From: a virus
Taxonomy: Duplodnaviria; Heunggongvirae; Uroviricota; Caudoviricetes
Direction: 5' to 3' (one strand)
Virus record (IMG/VR): IMGVR_UViG_2681813261_000006
Length of the DNA: 9,829 nt
Shown here: in pieces, positions 1 to 9,829 of the stretch
How positions within the stretch are numbered: position 1 is the stretch's first letter
Layout: each line of letters opens with the position of its first letter
Made by a program: the position numbers and the translations under genes
Notes under the pieces: generated by a model
The model's input: the letters and a program-made list of their open reading frames with translations, nothing else
Database searches by the model: none
Told to the model about the DNA's origin: nothing

Positions 1-145
1 ATCGGTTGCACCCTGTATATAAGCCTCATGTTCACTTTTGATTTGATGCAATTTTTCTACTGTATAAGTGAATGGATCTCTATCAACAAGAATATGATCA
101 TTTGCACAAAGCAGGATAAGATTTTCATAAGAATTGTCATTTGCT
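1..145 (-). CDS. Partial CDS: C-terminal part of an HNH-motif endonuclease, cut by the window start and by the N-run at 146
   Basis: Minus-strand frame is open across 1-145 with no start or stop inside, so it is absent from the ORF track. My translation: ANDNSYENLILLCANDHILVDRDPFTYTVEKLHQIKSEHEAYIQGATD. The ENLxLLCxxxH stretch resembles the C-terminal core of HNH nucleases (compare NLQLLCxxCH). The same frame is also stop-free in the 437-524 island, but linkage across the N-run cannot be established. Confidence 0.4.
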
Positions 146-436
146 NNNNNNNNNNNNNNNNNNNNNNNNNNNNNNNNNNNNNNNNNNNNNNNNNNNNNNN
201 NNNNNNNNNNNNNNNNNNNNNNNNNNNNNNNNNNNNNNNNNNNNNNNNNNNNNNNNNNNNNNNNNNNNNNNNNNNNNNNNNNNNNNNNNNNNNNNNNNNN
301 NNNNNNNNNNNNNNNNNNNNNNNNNNNNNNNNNNNNNNNNNNNNNNNNNNNNNNNNNNNNNNNNNNNNNNNNNNNNNNNNNNNNNNNNNNNNNNNNNNNN
401 NNNNNNNNNNNNNNNNNNNNNNNNNNNNNNNNNNNN
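146..436. other. Run of 291 N (assembly gap or masked sequence)
   Basis: Directly visible; no sequence information. Confidence 0.99.
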
Positions 437-524
437 TGCAAAAGTTGTCCTAATGGAACTTGGATCACAATAATTCCAAAAGCATCAAGTACTGGTACTA
501 TGATCCAGTTATAGAGAATGATAA

Positions 525-806
525 NNNNNNNNNNNNNNNNNNNNNNNNNNNNNNNNNNNNNNNNNNNNNNNNNNNNNNNNNNNNNNNNNNNNNNNNNNNN
601 NNNNNNNNNNNNNNNNNNNNNNNNNNNNNNNNNNNNNNNNNNNNNNNNNNNNNNNNNNNNNNNNNNNNNNNNNNNNNNNNNNNNNNNNNNNNNNNNNNNN
701 NNNNNNNNNNNNNNNNNNNNNNNNNNNNNNNNNNNNNNNNNNNNNNNNNNNNNNNNNNNNNNNNNNNNNNNNNNNNNNNNNNNNNNNNNNNNNNNNNNNN
801 NNNNNN
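525..806. other. Run of 282 N (assembly gap or masked sequence)
   Basis: Directly visible; no sequence information. Confidence 0.99.
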
Positions 807-826
807 AAACTCAATCAATATACTAA

Positions 827-1138
827 TCATTCAATAATCCCCACGGCATATACCCAAAAATGTTTACCCTTCACAAAGAGCTTTTTACTCTCAATTAGAA
901 ATACAGGCATCTTTTCACCCTGTAATTCCCATTCAAGTACTTCACCAACTTTGAAATCTTTCTTCTTCTCATAAATAACGTTCATATAGCTATCAATCTG
1001 ATAATTACTTTTCTTAACGACCTTTTGAAATTTCTTATCAAGAAAACATTTGTTAATTGGCATACTATTACCATCTGGTGTCATGCCATTTAGCTTAATC
1101 TTGCTTATTAAATCACCATAATGTTGCTCAAAATTCAT
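827..1138 (-). CDS. Hypothetical protein, 103 aa
   Basis: ORF with ATG at 1138-1136 overlapping the upstream gene's TGA stop by 4 nt (ATGA), which implies translational coupling. Stop TGA at 829-827, 20 nt from the N-run. No motif recognised. Confidence 0.5.
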   Translation of the reverse strand: MNFEQHYGDLISKIKLNGMTPDGNSMPINKCFLDKKFQKVVKKSNYQIDSYMNVIYEKKKDFKVGEVLEWELQGEKMPVFLIESKKLFVKGKHFWVYAVGIIE

Positions 1139-1713
1139 TGTCTACTTATCCTGAATGTTCCCTGAATACCGCTCATAATTACCCTTACACCATCATTGGC
1201 TTCCTTATAGAAGTCATAGATAAGGCGACGTTGTTTCTTCTCACGTAAGCCAATTACACGTTTGGTTTTCTTCTTGGTATCTTTCTTTGCGGTATCAATT
1301 AATCGTTCTTTACCATTCTTACCCTTCACTACCTTATATCGTTCACTTAAAAGATTCTTTTTCAGTCCTGAAATGTTGCCCTGCTTAGTTAATCTTGTAG
1401 ATGAAGTAGGTATAAACTTATCAATTGCCTTTGGCTGTACCAGTACTTGATAAAGGTACTTAGCCTGAATATCTTTAACCATGATGGTCGATGTAACTGA
1501 ATTTCTCCCAACCTTTCTATAGAAGAAAAGGATGGAACGTTGAGTAAAGCCCACTGCCCCACGGTCAACGCTATTATTCAAATCACCCTGCATTCTTTGG
1601 GATAGTAGCTTGGAACGTTTAATTATTTCATTCTGGAATTGATTATTTAATCTAACTCCCTGCGTTTGTATATAGTTCCTTATACTACCAATCCCATTTA
1701 TTCCACTTGCCAT
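1135..1713 (-). CDS. Hypothetical basic protein, 192 aa, Lys/Arg-rich C-terminal half
   Basis: ATG at 1713-1711 with GAGGT Shine-Dalgarno 6 nt upstream; the upstream gene's TGA stop sits inside that SD (TGAGGT). C-terminal half is very basic (KKDTKKKTKRVIGLREKKQRR), suggesting nucleic-acid binding. No family recognised. Confidence 0.6.
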   Translation of the reverse strand: MASGINGIGSIRNYIQTQGVRLNNQFQNEIIKRSKLLSQRMQGDLNNSVDRGAVGFTQRSILFFYRKVGRNSVTSTIMVKDIQAKYLYQVLVQPKAIDKFIPTSSTRLTKQGNISGLKKNLLSERYKVVKGKNGKERLIDTAKKDTKKKTKRVIGLREKKQRRLIYDFYKEANDGVRVIMSGIQGTFRISRQ

Positions 1714-1722
1714 ATATTTACC

Positions 1723-2157
1723 TCAATTCAAGTACTCCAATAGTTCCTGTACTATTCCGAGTAGTCTTTTTTTATCCTTTGCATTTGGTGATCTAATCTT
1801 ACTCATCATTGCCAGATTCAAACATTCCGGTTTAAGCATCTGATGAAGGATCAGTATTGCCTCTACAATCATTACCTCTCGCATAGTTGCGAAGCACCAT
1901 AGAATCGTTTTTGAGTACTGTTCACCATTTTCAATTTTGTTTTTAACGACATTGGAACTACTGAGGTACTCACGCCAGCCATTTTCCTTTGAAGTGGGCT
2001 TTAGCTTTCTCGCATCCTTAACCCGCTGATAGATTTGCTTAGCACCGACATAATTAGAACCATCCTCAAACTGAAAGATATAAACGAAACCAGCATATTC
2101 ACCGGATAACATTTCCTCCTCGCTCCAATCATCCGAGTATTTCCATTCACTCATCAT
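1723..2157 (-). CDS. GIY-YIG-type nuclease domain protein, 144 aa, catalytic domain only
   Basis: Tandem ATG ATG at 2157-2152 with AGGAA about 5 nt upstream. Protein has GFVYIF then 10 residues then YVGAK, an Arg about 9 residues later, and a C-terminal helix REVMIVEAILILHQMLKPECLN resembling the catalytic-Glu helix and conserved Asn of GIY-YIG nucleases (compare UvrC N-terminus, I-TevI). No DNA-binding domain is recognisable. Confidence 0.55.
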   Translation of the reverse strand: MMSEWKYSDDWSEEEMLSGEYAGFVYIFQFEDGSNYVGAKQIYQRVKDARKLKPTSKENGWREYLSSSNVVKNKIENGEQYSKTILWCFATMREVMIVEAILILHQMLKPECLNLAMMSKIRSPNAKDKKRLLGIVQELLEYLN

Positions 2158-2193
2158 AAATATTCCTATAAATTCATTATAGGTATTTAGTAA

Positions 2194-2643
2194 ATGAGCG
2201 ATTTAAAAACACGATTAAAAGAATATGAAGGTACTAAAGAGTATCAGGCAAATTTGAAGTACTTCAGAAATGGGAAATTCTATCCATATGCTGATAGTTT
2301 AGGATGTAGTACTATTGGATATGGTCACTTAATTCAGGCGGGAGAAGATTTTAGTACTGGCATTACTGAAAGCGAAGCAGACAAGTTACTATCTCGCGAT
2401 TTAGCCAAAACAATTATGCAGGTACAGACATTAGGGTTAAATCTTCCCGATGACTGGAATGATTTTATTATTATCATGACCTTCCAGTTAGGTATTGGCG
2501 GGGTGAAGAAATTCCGTAAGATGTTAGCAGCCCTGAAAGCACATGATTACCTTGAAGCAATTAAACAGGCTAAGTGTTCTCTATGGTACAGGCAGACACC
2601 AAACCGTGTGAATTCCATGATTGCAGTACTTAAAAACAAATAA
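2194..2643 (+). CDS. Endolysin, T4-type lysozyme (glycoside hydrolase family 24)
   Basis: 149-aa ORF with ATG at 2194 and AGGT 9 nt upstream. Collinear with T4 lysozyme: EYEG, then YADSLGCSTIGYGH (Asp and Thr of the catalytic region, TIGxGH motif), ITESEADKLLSRDL, MTFQLGIGGVKKF, and C-terminal SLWYRQTPNRV (compare WYNQTPNR). Stop TAA 2641-2643 is followed by a terminator hairpin. Confidence 0.9.
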   Translation: MSDLKTRLKEYEGTKEYQANLKYFRNGKFYPYADSLGCSTIGYGHLIQAGEDFSTGITESEADKLLSRDLAKTIMQVQTLGLNLPDDWNDFIIIMTFQLGIGGVKKFRKMLAALKAHDYLEAIKQAKCSLWYRQTPNRVNSMIAVLKNK

Positions 2644-2645
2644 AG

Positions 2646-2683
2646 AAAAGGCATAGTACGAATGACATACTATGCCTTTTTTT
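2646..2683. terminator. Bidirectional rho-independent terminator between convergent genes
   Basis: Perfect 9-bp stem GGCATAGTA (2650-2658) pairing with TACTATGCC (2668-2676), 9-nt loop, T7 tract 2677-2683 on the plus strand and A-rich run 2644-2649 (T-rich on the minus strand). Sits between the lysozyme stop and the minus-strand 90-aa gene stop (2682-2684). Confidence 0.6.
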
Positions 2684-2954
2684 ATGGTCGTTGTTTCTGC
2701 TGAAGAATTGCAATAATCCTTTCAATCTTAACATCAAGTTCATGGATTTGTGTTTCCAGTTTACTTAGTGTATCTCTCATCTTATCCTGATCATCCTCAA
2801 TACGGGAAATACTACTTTCCAGTACAGCAATGGTAGTTTCAAGAGTAGCAACGCGAGTTAATAGATCATTCGTATCCTTTGTATTATCTCTAAAGATAGT
2901 ATAAAGGAATACGCATCCAGAAATAACAAGAGCTAAAATAGCACCGATATCCAT
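2682..2954 (-). CDS. Small membrane-anchored coiled-coil protein, 90 aa; candidate i-spanin-like or superinfection-exclusion-like protein, function unknown
   Basis: ATG at 2954-2952 with AAGGGA about 7 nt upstream. N-terminal hydrophobic segment IGAILALVISGCVFLYTIF (residues 3-21), then a charged heptad-patterned helix (LLTRVATLETTIAVLESSISRIEDDQDKMRDTLSKLETQIHELDVKIERIIAIL). This predicts a type II membrane topology. Confidence 0.6.
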   Translation of the reverse strand: MDIGAILALVISGCVFLYTIFRDNTKDTNDLLTRVATLETTIAVLESSISRIEDDQDKMRDTLSKLETQIHELDVKIERIIAILQQKQRP

Positions 2955-2965
2955 ACTGAAATCCC

Positions 2966-3013
2966 TTTGTTGTTATTGTTATTGTTATTGTTATTGTTAT
3001 TGTTATTGTATTA
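2966..3013. repeat. Hexanucleotide tandem repeat: six perfect GTTATT units (2972-3007) plus degenerate flanking units; (AATAAC)n on the minus strand
   Basis: Directly visible: tttgttg then six GTTATT units then gtatta. It fills most of the 56-bp intergenic space between the 218-aa gene stop (3011-3013) and the 90-aa gene RBS/ATG (2954). Confidence 0.9.
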
Positions 3014-3667
3014 ATACCCTGTAAATGTCGCCAATGCTATCTGGATACCATTATTCCCCATTGCCTGGCGGTAGGTTTTCTGGTTCTTTGAAACGTACTG
3101 TAGACTGAATGAAGTACTGGAATTACGCCTGATAACCAGACCAGAGTACCCAATTACTGTACCATCATCTGATATGTTCCCCGGACATTGTGACCAGCAG
3201 AACCAGGGATCAGCTACTGGAGACGTTACCGTAATGGCAGTACTGAGATCGGTAGCCGCAGGTGCTGTCAAAAATCCCCTGATACGTGGCATTGTTGCCG
3301 CTGATGCAGCAGACCAGATTAAAGTACCTTCTTCACTGAACACATCAAGAAAACCAGATGTGGGGGTAGCCGTGTGACTACTTGTCATGAACCTGCCCAT
3401 GCCAGGCTGGAACATATAGGCACCAGGGAAACACCATGCCCCGTCTTTCTGTATCTGGAACCAGTACTGTGTTGTGTTCCTGTTAGCTACTACTGATGGC
3501 ATAACGAAACCGAGCGATCCACCATTACCGAAGGCACAGGTAAAGCCTGTGTAGTATCCCGTATCAGTTAGATTTCCCATGGCCTTTACTGCACCCGTCA
3601 TTATCGACTTGTTAGTACTATCTATAGTCAGTGCACCCGCTGAATTATATACCTCGAAACCTGCCAT
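3011..3667 (-). CDS. Putative tail-associated protein, 218 aa; distal paralog of the 98-aa gene
   Basis: ATG at 3667-3665, 1 nt after the TAA of the preceding gene (TAAgATG). Rich in Gly/Ser/Thr/aromatics with 6 Cys. N-terminus MAGFEVYNSAGALTIDSTNKSIMTG parallels the neighbour's MAQGLQCWNAAGVLVVDLTDYNIRFMG. Position is directly downstream of the J-like gene. Confidence 0.6.
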   Translation of the reverse strand: MAGFEVYNSAGALTIDSTNKSIMTGAVKAMGNLTDTGYYTGFTCAFGNGGSLGFVMPSVVANRNTTQYWFQIQKDGAWCFPGAYMFQPGMGRFMTSSHTATPTSGFLDVFSEEGTLIWSAASAATMPRIRGFLTAPAATDLSTAITVTSPVADPWFCWSQCPGNISDDGTVIGYSGLVIRRNSSTSFSLQYVSKNQKTYRQAMGNNGIQIALATFTGY

Positions 3668-3668
3668 C

Positions 3669-3965
3669 TTACGCCGTCCACTTATATACGTTAAAAGTGT
3701 AGTTACCAGCTAACGGTGCATATGTTGGCAAATAAACCGCAGTAAATGACCCATTATTACAAAAGGCTGACCACTCATTAAAGGTATCACTGGCGGGGGC
3801 ATAGTGTACAAACCAGCCTGTAGTTTTCATATTTGGTACTGATACAGTATAGGTCTGTGCAGAAGTAGCCTTGACAGTATAAGTACCCATAAAACGTATG
3901 TTATAATCAGTCAGATCTACTACTAATACACCCGCTGCATTCCAACATTGTAATCCCTGTGCCAT
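3669..3965 (-). CDS. Putative tail-associated protein, 98 aa; proximal paralog
   Basis: ATG at 3965-3963 with AGGAG 8 nt upstream. Beta-rich composition. Shares the N-terminal MAxGxxxxNxAGxLxxDxT pattern with the following 218-aa gene. Confidence 0.55.
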   Translation of the reverse strand: MAQGLQCWNAAGVLVVDLTDYNIRFMGTYTVKATSAQTYTVSVPNMKTTGWFVHYAPASDTFNEWSAFCNNGSFTAVYLPTYAPLAGNYTFNVYKWTA

Positions 3966-4122
3966 AGCTCTTACTCCTGTAAATCCTTTTCTTCATTCCA
4001 ATTGTTTCTTTTCCGCTAATACTGAATGGGTTAGTACTGGTACTATTGAAAGTACGTTCATTAGATTTCATTTATGTATCCTTTTGAAATGAGGTTACAG
4101 TTAATAATCCCTGAATTATTTA

Positions 4123-7821
<3,699 letters not shown>

Positions 7822-7822
<1 letters not shown>

Positions 7823-8445
7823 TACTTGTATTTCCAGTTCTGATTTTGATTAACTTGACCTAACAGACTAAAGTACTCATCATTTCTATAGTAAGATTGA
7901 TATACTGAGTTGGCGGCAATTAATGCAGGTTGTCTGTCTAATTTCTTATAGACAGAATTCACATATATAGTCATTTCGTTTTGCTTCTGATTTGGATCAG
8001 TTACTGCCTGTACATAGTCAATAAACCCCGTAAACATGAGCATTGAATCAATTACAGTACTATCATATGGATTGAGAATTACTAACTTGATATTCATCTG
8101 TGCATCTTTCAAGAAACCACCAAGGGCAAGAGCACGAACCGAGGCGTTTACATTGCTAATTTTAAAATTGATAGCATCATTAGACATGCCCTTTTGTTCA
8201 GAATATGAAGGTAATGAACCACTGATAATGTCGGGGAAACTTATGTACTTATAACCATCCAGATCTATATCAATTAGTGAATCCGTCCAGTGAAAACCAT
8301 TAGTACCTTTTGGTAGTACATCAAAACAAGTAACATTAACGCCTAAGCTCATAATTTCCATTAGTGTTAATCTTGTCTTGGTTGTACCTCTGACTAACTT
8401 CCAGTACTTAAGAAGATTAGCATTAGTATATATACCTGAGTCCAT
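7822..8445 (-). CDS. Minor tail protein, L-like, 207 aa
   Basis: ATG at 8445-8443 overlaps the M-like stop (TAATG). Segment order loosely parallels lambda gpL (LMEIMSLGVNVTCFDV against LWEIDLTEVGGERYFFCN), but the C-terminal Cys cluster of lambda L is absent. Assignment rests mainly on position between M-like and K-like genes. Confidence 0.5.
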
Positions 8446-9002
8446 TAGATGATATTCTCCGTTGCTTTCAATGTAATATTCATGATGTTCCCAATAGGCA
8501 ATGAATAATCATTGTCTGGATCTAATACAGCCTCGATCATGAGATTGTTATATTTGAGTGCTTCACTTGCCTGTACTGTATTTTGTAGAGCAGGGAAAAT
8601 AGTAATTGAAGTACTGGTACGTTCTACGATTCGATATAGCTTATTGTGATTGGAAAACTGTACCCACTCACCCACAGCTAATGTGTTAGTACTGATAGGT
8701 ACAACCATATTACCCGGTTTAGTGAGAGCAGTAGCGGTTACTGCACCAGTCTGTTTACCGTAATATGTACCTGCAAGCCCCAATGACATAGTGAAAGGTT
8801 TGCCCTGTGCATATTGAGCTAAAAAGCTATTCACTTCATTTAGTGATGCAGGATTAAAATTAAGGGTGAACTGAATTTGATAGTATTGAATTCCAGTACT
8901 TCTCATGATACGTTGACCTGTCCATGTTTGATTAGAATAGATCGGTTCAGTACTTTTAATTTGAAAGTTCGTTACTTTTATTTGATTTGAAAAGGATGCC
9001 AT
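8445..9002 (-). CDS. Minor tail protein, M-like, 185 aa
   Basis: ATG at 9002-9000 with GAGGT (plus 9009-9013) 6 nt upstream. Segment YQIQFTLNFNPASLNEVNSFLAQYAQGKPFTM parallels lambda gpM YSVTLSVPREEATVLESFLEEHGGWKSFLW. First gene of the tail-tip operon in this window. Confidence 0.55.
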   Translation of the reverse strand: MASFSNQIKVTNFQIKSTEPIYSNQTWTGQRIMRSTGIQYYQIQFTLNFNPASLNEVNSFLAQYAQGKPFTMSLGLAGTYYGKQTGAVTATALTKPGNMVVPISTNTLAVGEWVQFSNHNKLYRIVERTSTSITIFPALQNTVQASEALKYNNLMIEAVLDPDNDYSLPIGNIMNITLKATENII

Positions 9003-9102
9003 TTTGTTACCTCGAATATCTTCTTTCTTTATTTATTTAAAAACCTCGATTCGTATTTTTTTTAACAGGCTTGATTGGCAGGCTGCATCCGTCATCGTTG
9101 CT

Positions 9103-9739
9103 ATGTTGTTATTTGCAGGCCAAATAGGCTATAACGCATATGATAAATGGAAAGAAAGTTCAGATGATGTTTTTAAGATGCGTGTAATCTTATTGAGCGA
9201 AATCAANNNNNNNNNNNNNNNNNNNNNNNNNNNNNNNNNNNNNNNNNNNNNNNNNNNNNNNNNNNNNNNNNNNNNNNNNNNNNNNAATAGGCTATAACGC
9301 ATATGATAAATGGAAAGAAAGTTCAGATGATGTTTTTAAGATGCGTGTAATCTTATTGAGCGAAATCAACAATAACCTTTTAGCTCTTGCTACTGGTGGC
9401 GATGAGTCTCAGGTGTTAGGCACATATGAAATATGTATTCCTCTTCCAACTGAAGATACAGAAGCTATTAAAAGAGTAGCAACTGCCGTTTCTTATTTGC
9501 ATGATGATGTATATTATTCCCAATTAGAAAAATTAGCATCACTCCCAAAAAAAGAAGTAGATGCCATCGTAAAGAGTTATTATTCATTATCGAGATTACG
9601 TACTCTTTCAACACAGCTTGCATACAATATTAAATACTCACCACCTAAAGTTAAATTATTGCGGGAAGAGTATTACAATCTCTATACCCTTTCATCTTCT
9701 CTTTCACAATATTTGTCTTATCACACGGAAAATCCCTAA
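9103..9739 (+). CDS. Hypothetical protein, oriented opposite to the tail operon; reading frame interrupted by the N-run at 9207-9285
   Basis: The ORF-track start at 9004 is a TTG one nucleotide from the divergent ATG of the M-like gene, so it is unlikely; the first in-frame ATG is 9103. The two track ORFs (9004..9297 and 9341..9739) join into one frame only if the 84-bp duplicates flanking the N-run are collapsed, giving ...DDVFKMRVILLSEINNNLLALATGG... Stop TAA 9737-9739. No family recognised; no clear Shine-Dalgarno for any candidate start. Confidence 0.4.
9123..9369. repeat. Exact 84-bp direct repeat (9123-9206 and 9286-9369) flanking the N-run; probable unmerged contig overlap
   Basis: Both copies read aataggctataacgcatatgataaatggaaagaaagttcagatgatgtttttaagatgcgtgtaatcttattgagcgaaatcaa; identity stops exactly at the N boundaries. 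Confidence 0.9.
9207..9285. other. Run of 79 N (scaffold gap, probably artefactual)
   Basis: Directly visible; flanked by identical 84-bp sequences. Confidence 0.99.
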
Positions 9740-9829
9740 CTGGGCTTTCTTATGTATTACGTTTTTGACTACTTCTCACAGCTTGAGAAACACTATTGGC
9801 GTGTTTCTTAAGCATCTCATTAAATTTCT

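Noticed and set aside
28-837. Plus- and minus-strand track ORFs running through the N-runs (28..453, 134..514, 141..473, 460..837, 498..830, 509..814, 518..826)
   Set aside because: Almost entirely translated N (X residues). The short real portions are low-complexity, and on the left flank the opposite strand carries the HNH motif.
1262-1450. Plus-strand 62-aa ORF inside the 192-aa gene
   Set aside because: Antisense shadow ORF within a coupled minus-strand gene.
3174-3377. Plus-strand 67-aa ORF inside the 218-aa gene
   Set aside because: Antisense shadow ORF; no start context.
3907-4071. Untracked 54-aa minus-strand ORF starting in the J/98-aa intergenic region, with an AAGGA RBS-like sequence 7 nt upstream of its ATG
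   Set aside because: Short, low-complexity product, overlaps the 98-aa gene start by about 59 nt in another frame. More likely untranslated leader; not called.
3966-4122. Possible tRNA or promoter in the 157-bp J/98-aa intergenic region
   Set aside because: No T-loop-like GTTCxAxxC motif or cloverleaf-compatible arms seen on either strand. AT-rich hexamers resembling promoter elements are present but not at convincing spacing.
9773-9789. Inverted repeat TTCTCA-cagct-TGAGAA downstream of the plus-strand gene
   Set aside because: Only a 6-bp AT-rich stem with no following T-tract; not a convincing terminator.
9750-9829. Minus-strand frame open from the window edge to a TAA at 9752-9750 (about 26 codons), convergent with the plus-strand gene
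   Set aside because: Too short to separate from chance in AT-rich sequence; would need sequence beyond the window.

Overview
AT-rich window that reads as a late-gene region of a tailed phage or prophage. The minus strand carries a lambda-like tail-tip module (M-like, L-like, K-like NlpC/P60, and an 1100-aa J-like host-specificity protein) with overlapping start/stop codons. It is followed by two tightly linked small paralogous genes and a 90-aa membrane-anchored coiled-coil gene. A T4-type lysozyme gene sits on the plus strand, convergent with that operon across a bidirectional terminator. Further left are a small GIY-YIG nuclease gene and two unknown genes (translationally coupled), and the left edge carries an HNH-motif fragment. 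Three N-runs interrupt the sequence; the third is flanked by an exact 84-bp duplicate, which looks like an unmerged contig overlap. The main unexplained signals are a (GTTATT)n hexanucleotide repeat directly upstream of the membrane-protein gene, the paralog pair after J, a strong excess of the palindrome AGTACT, a catalytic-domain-only GIY-YIG gene coupled to a very basic protein, and an oppositely oriented unknown gene where a tape-measure gene would be expected. I cannot point to one clearly novel system; these are candidates. No rRNA, tRNA or CRISPR array was seen. All functional calls are motif recognition by eye; no database search or computation was run.
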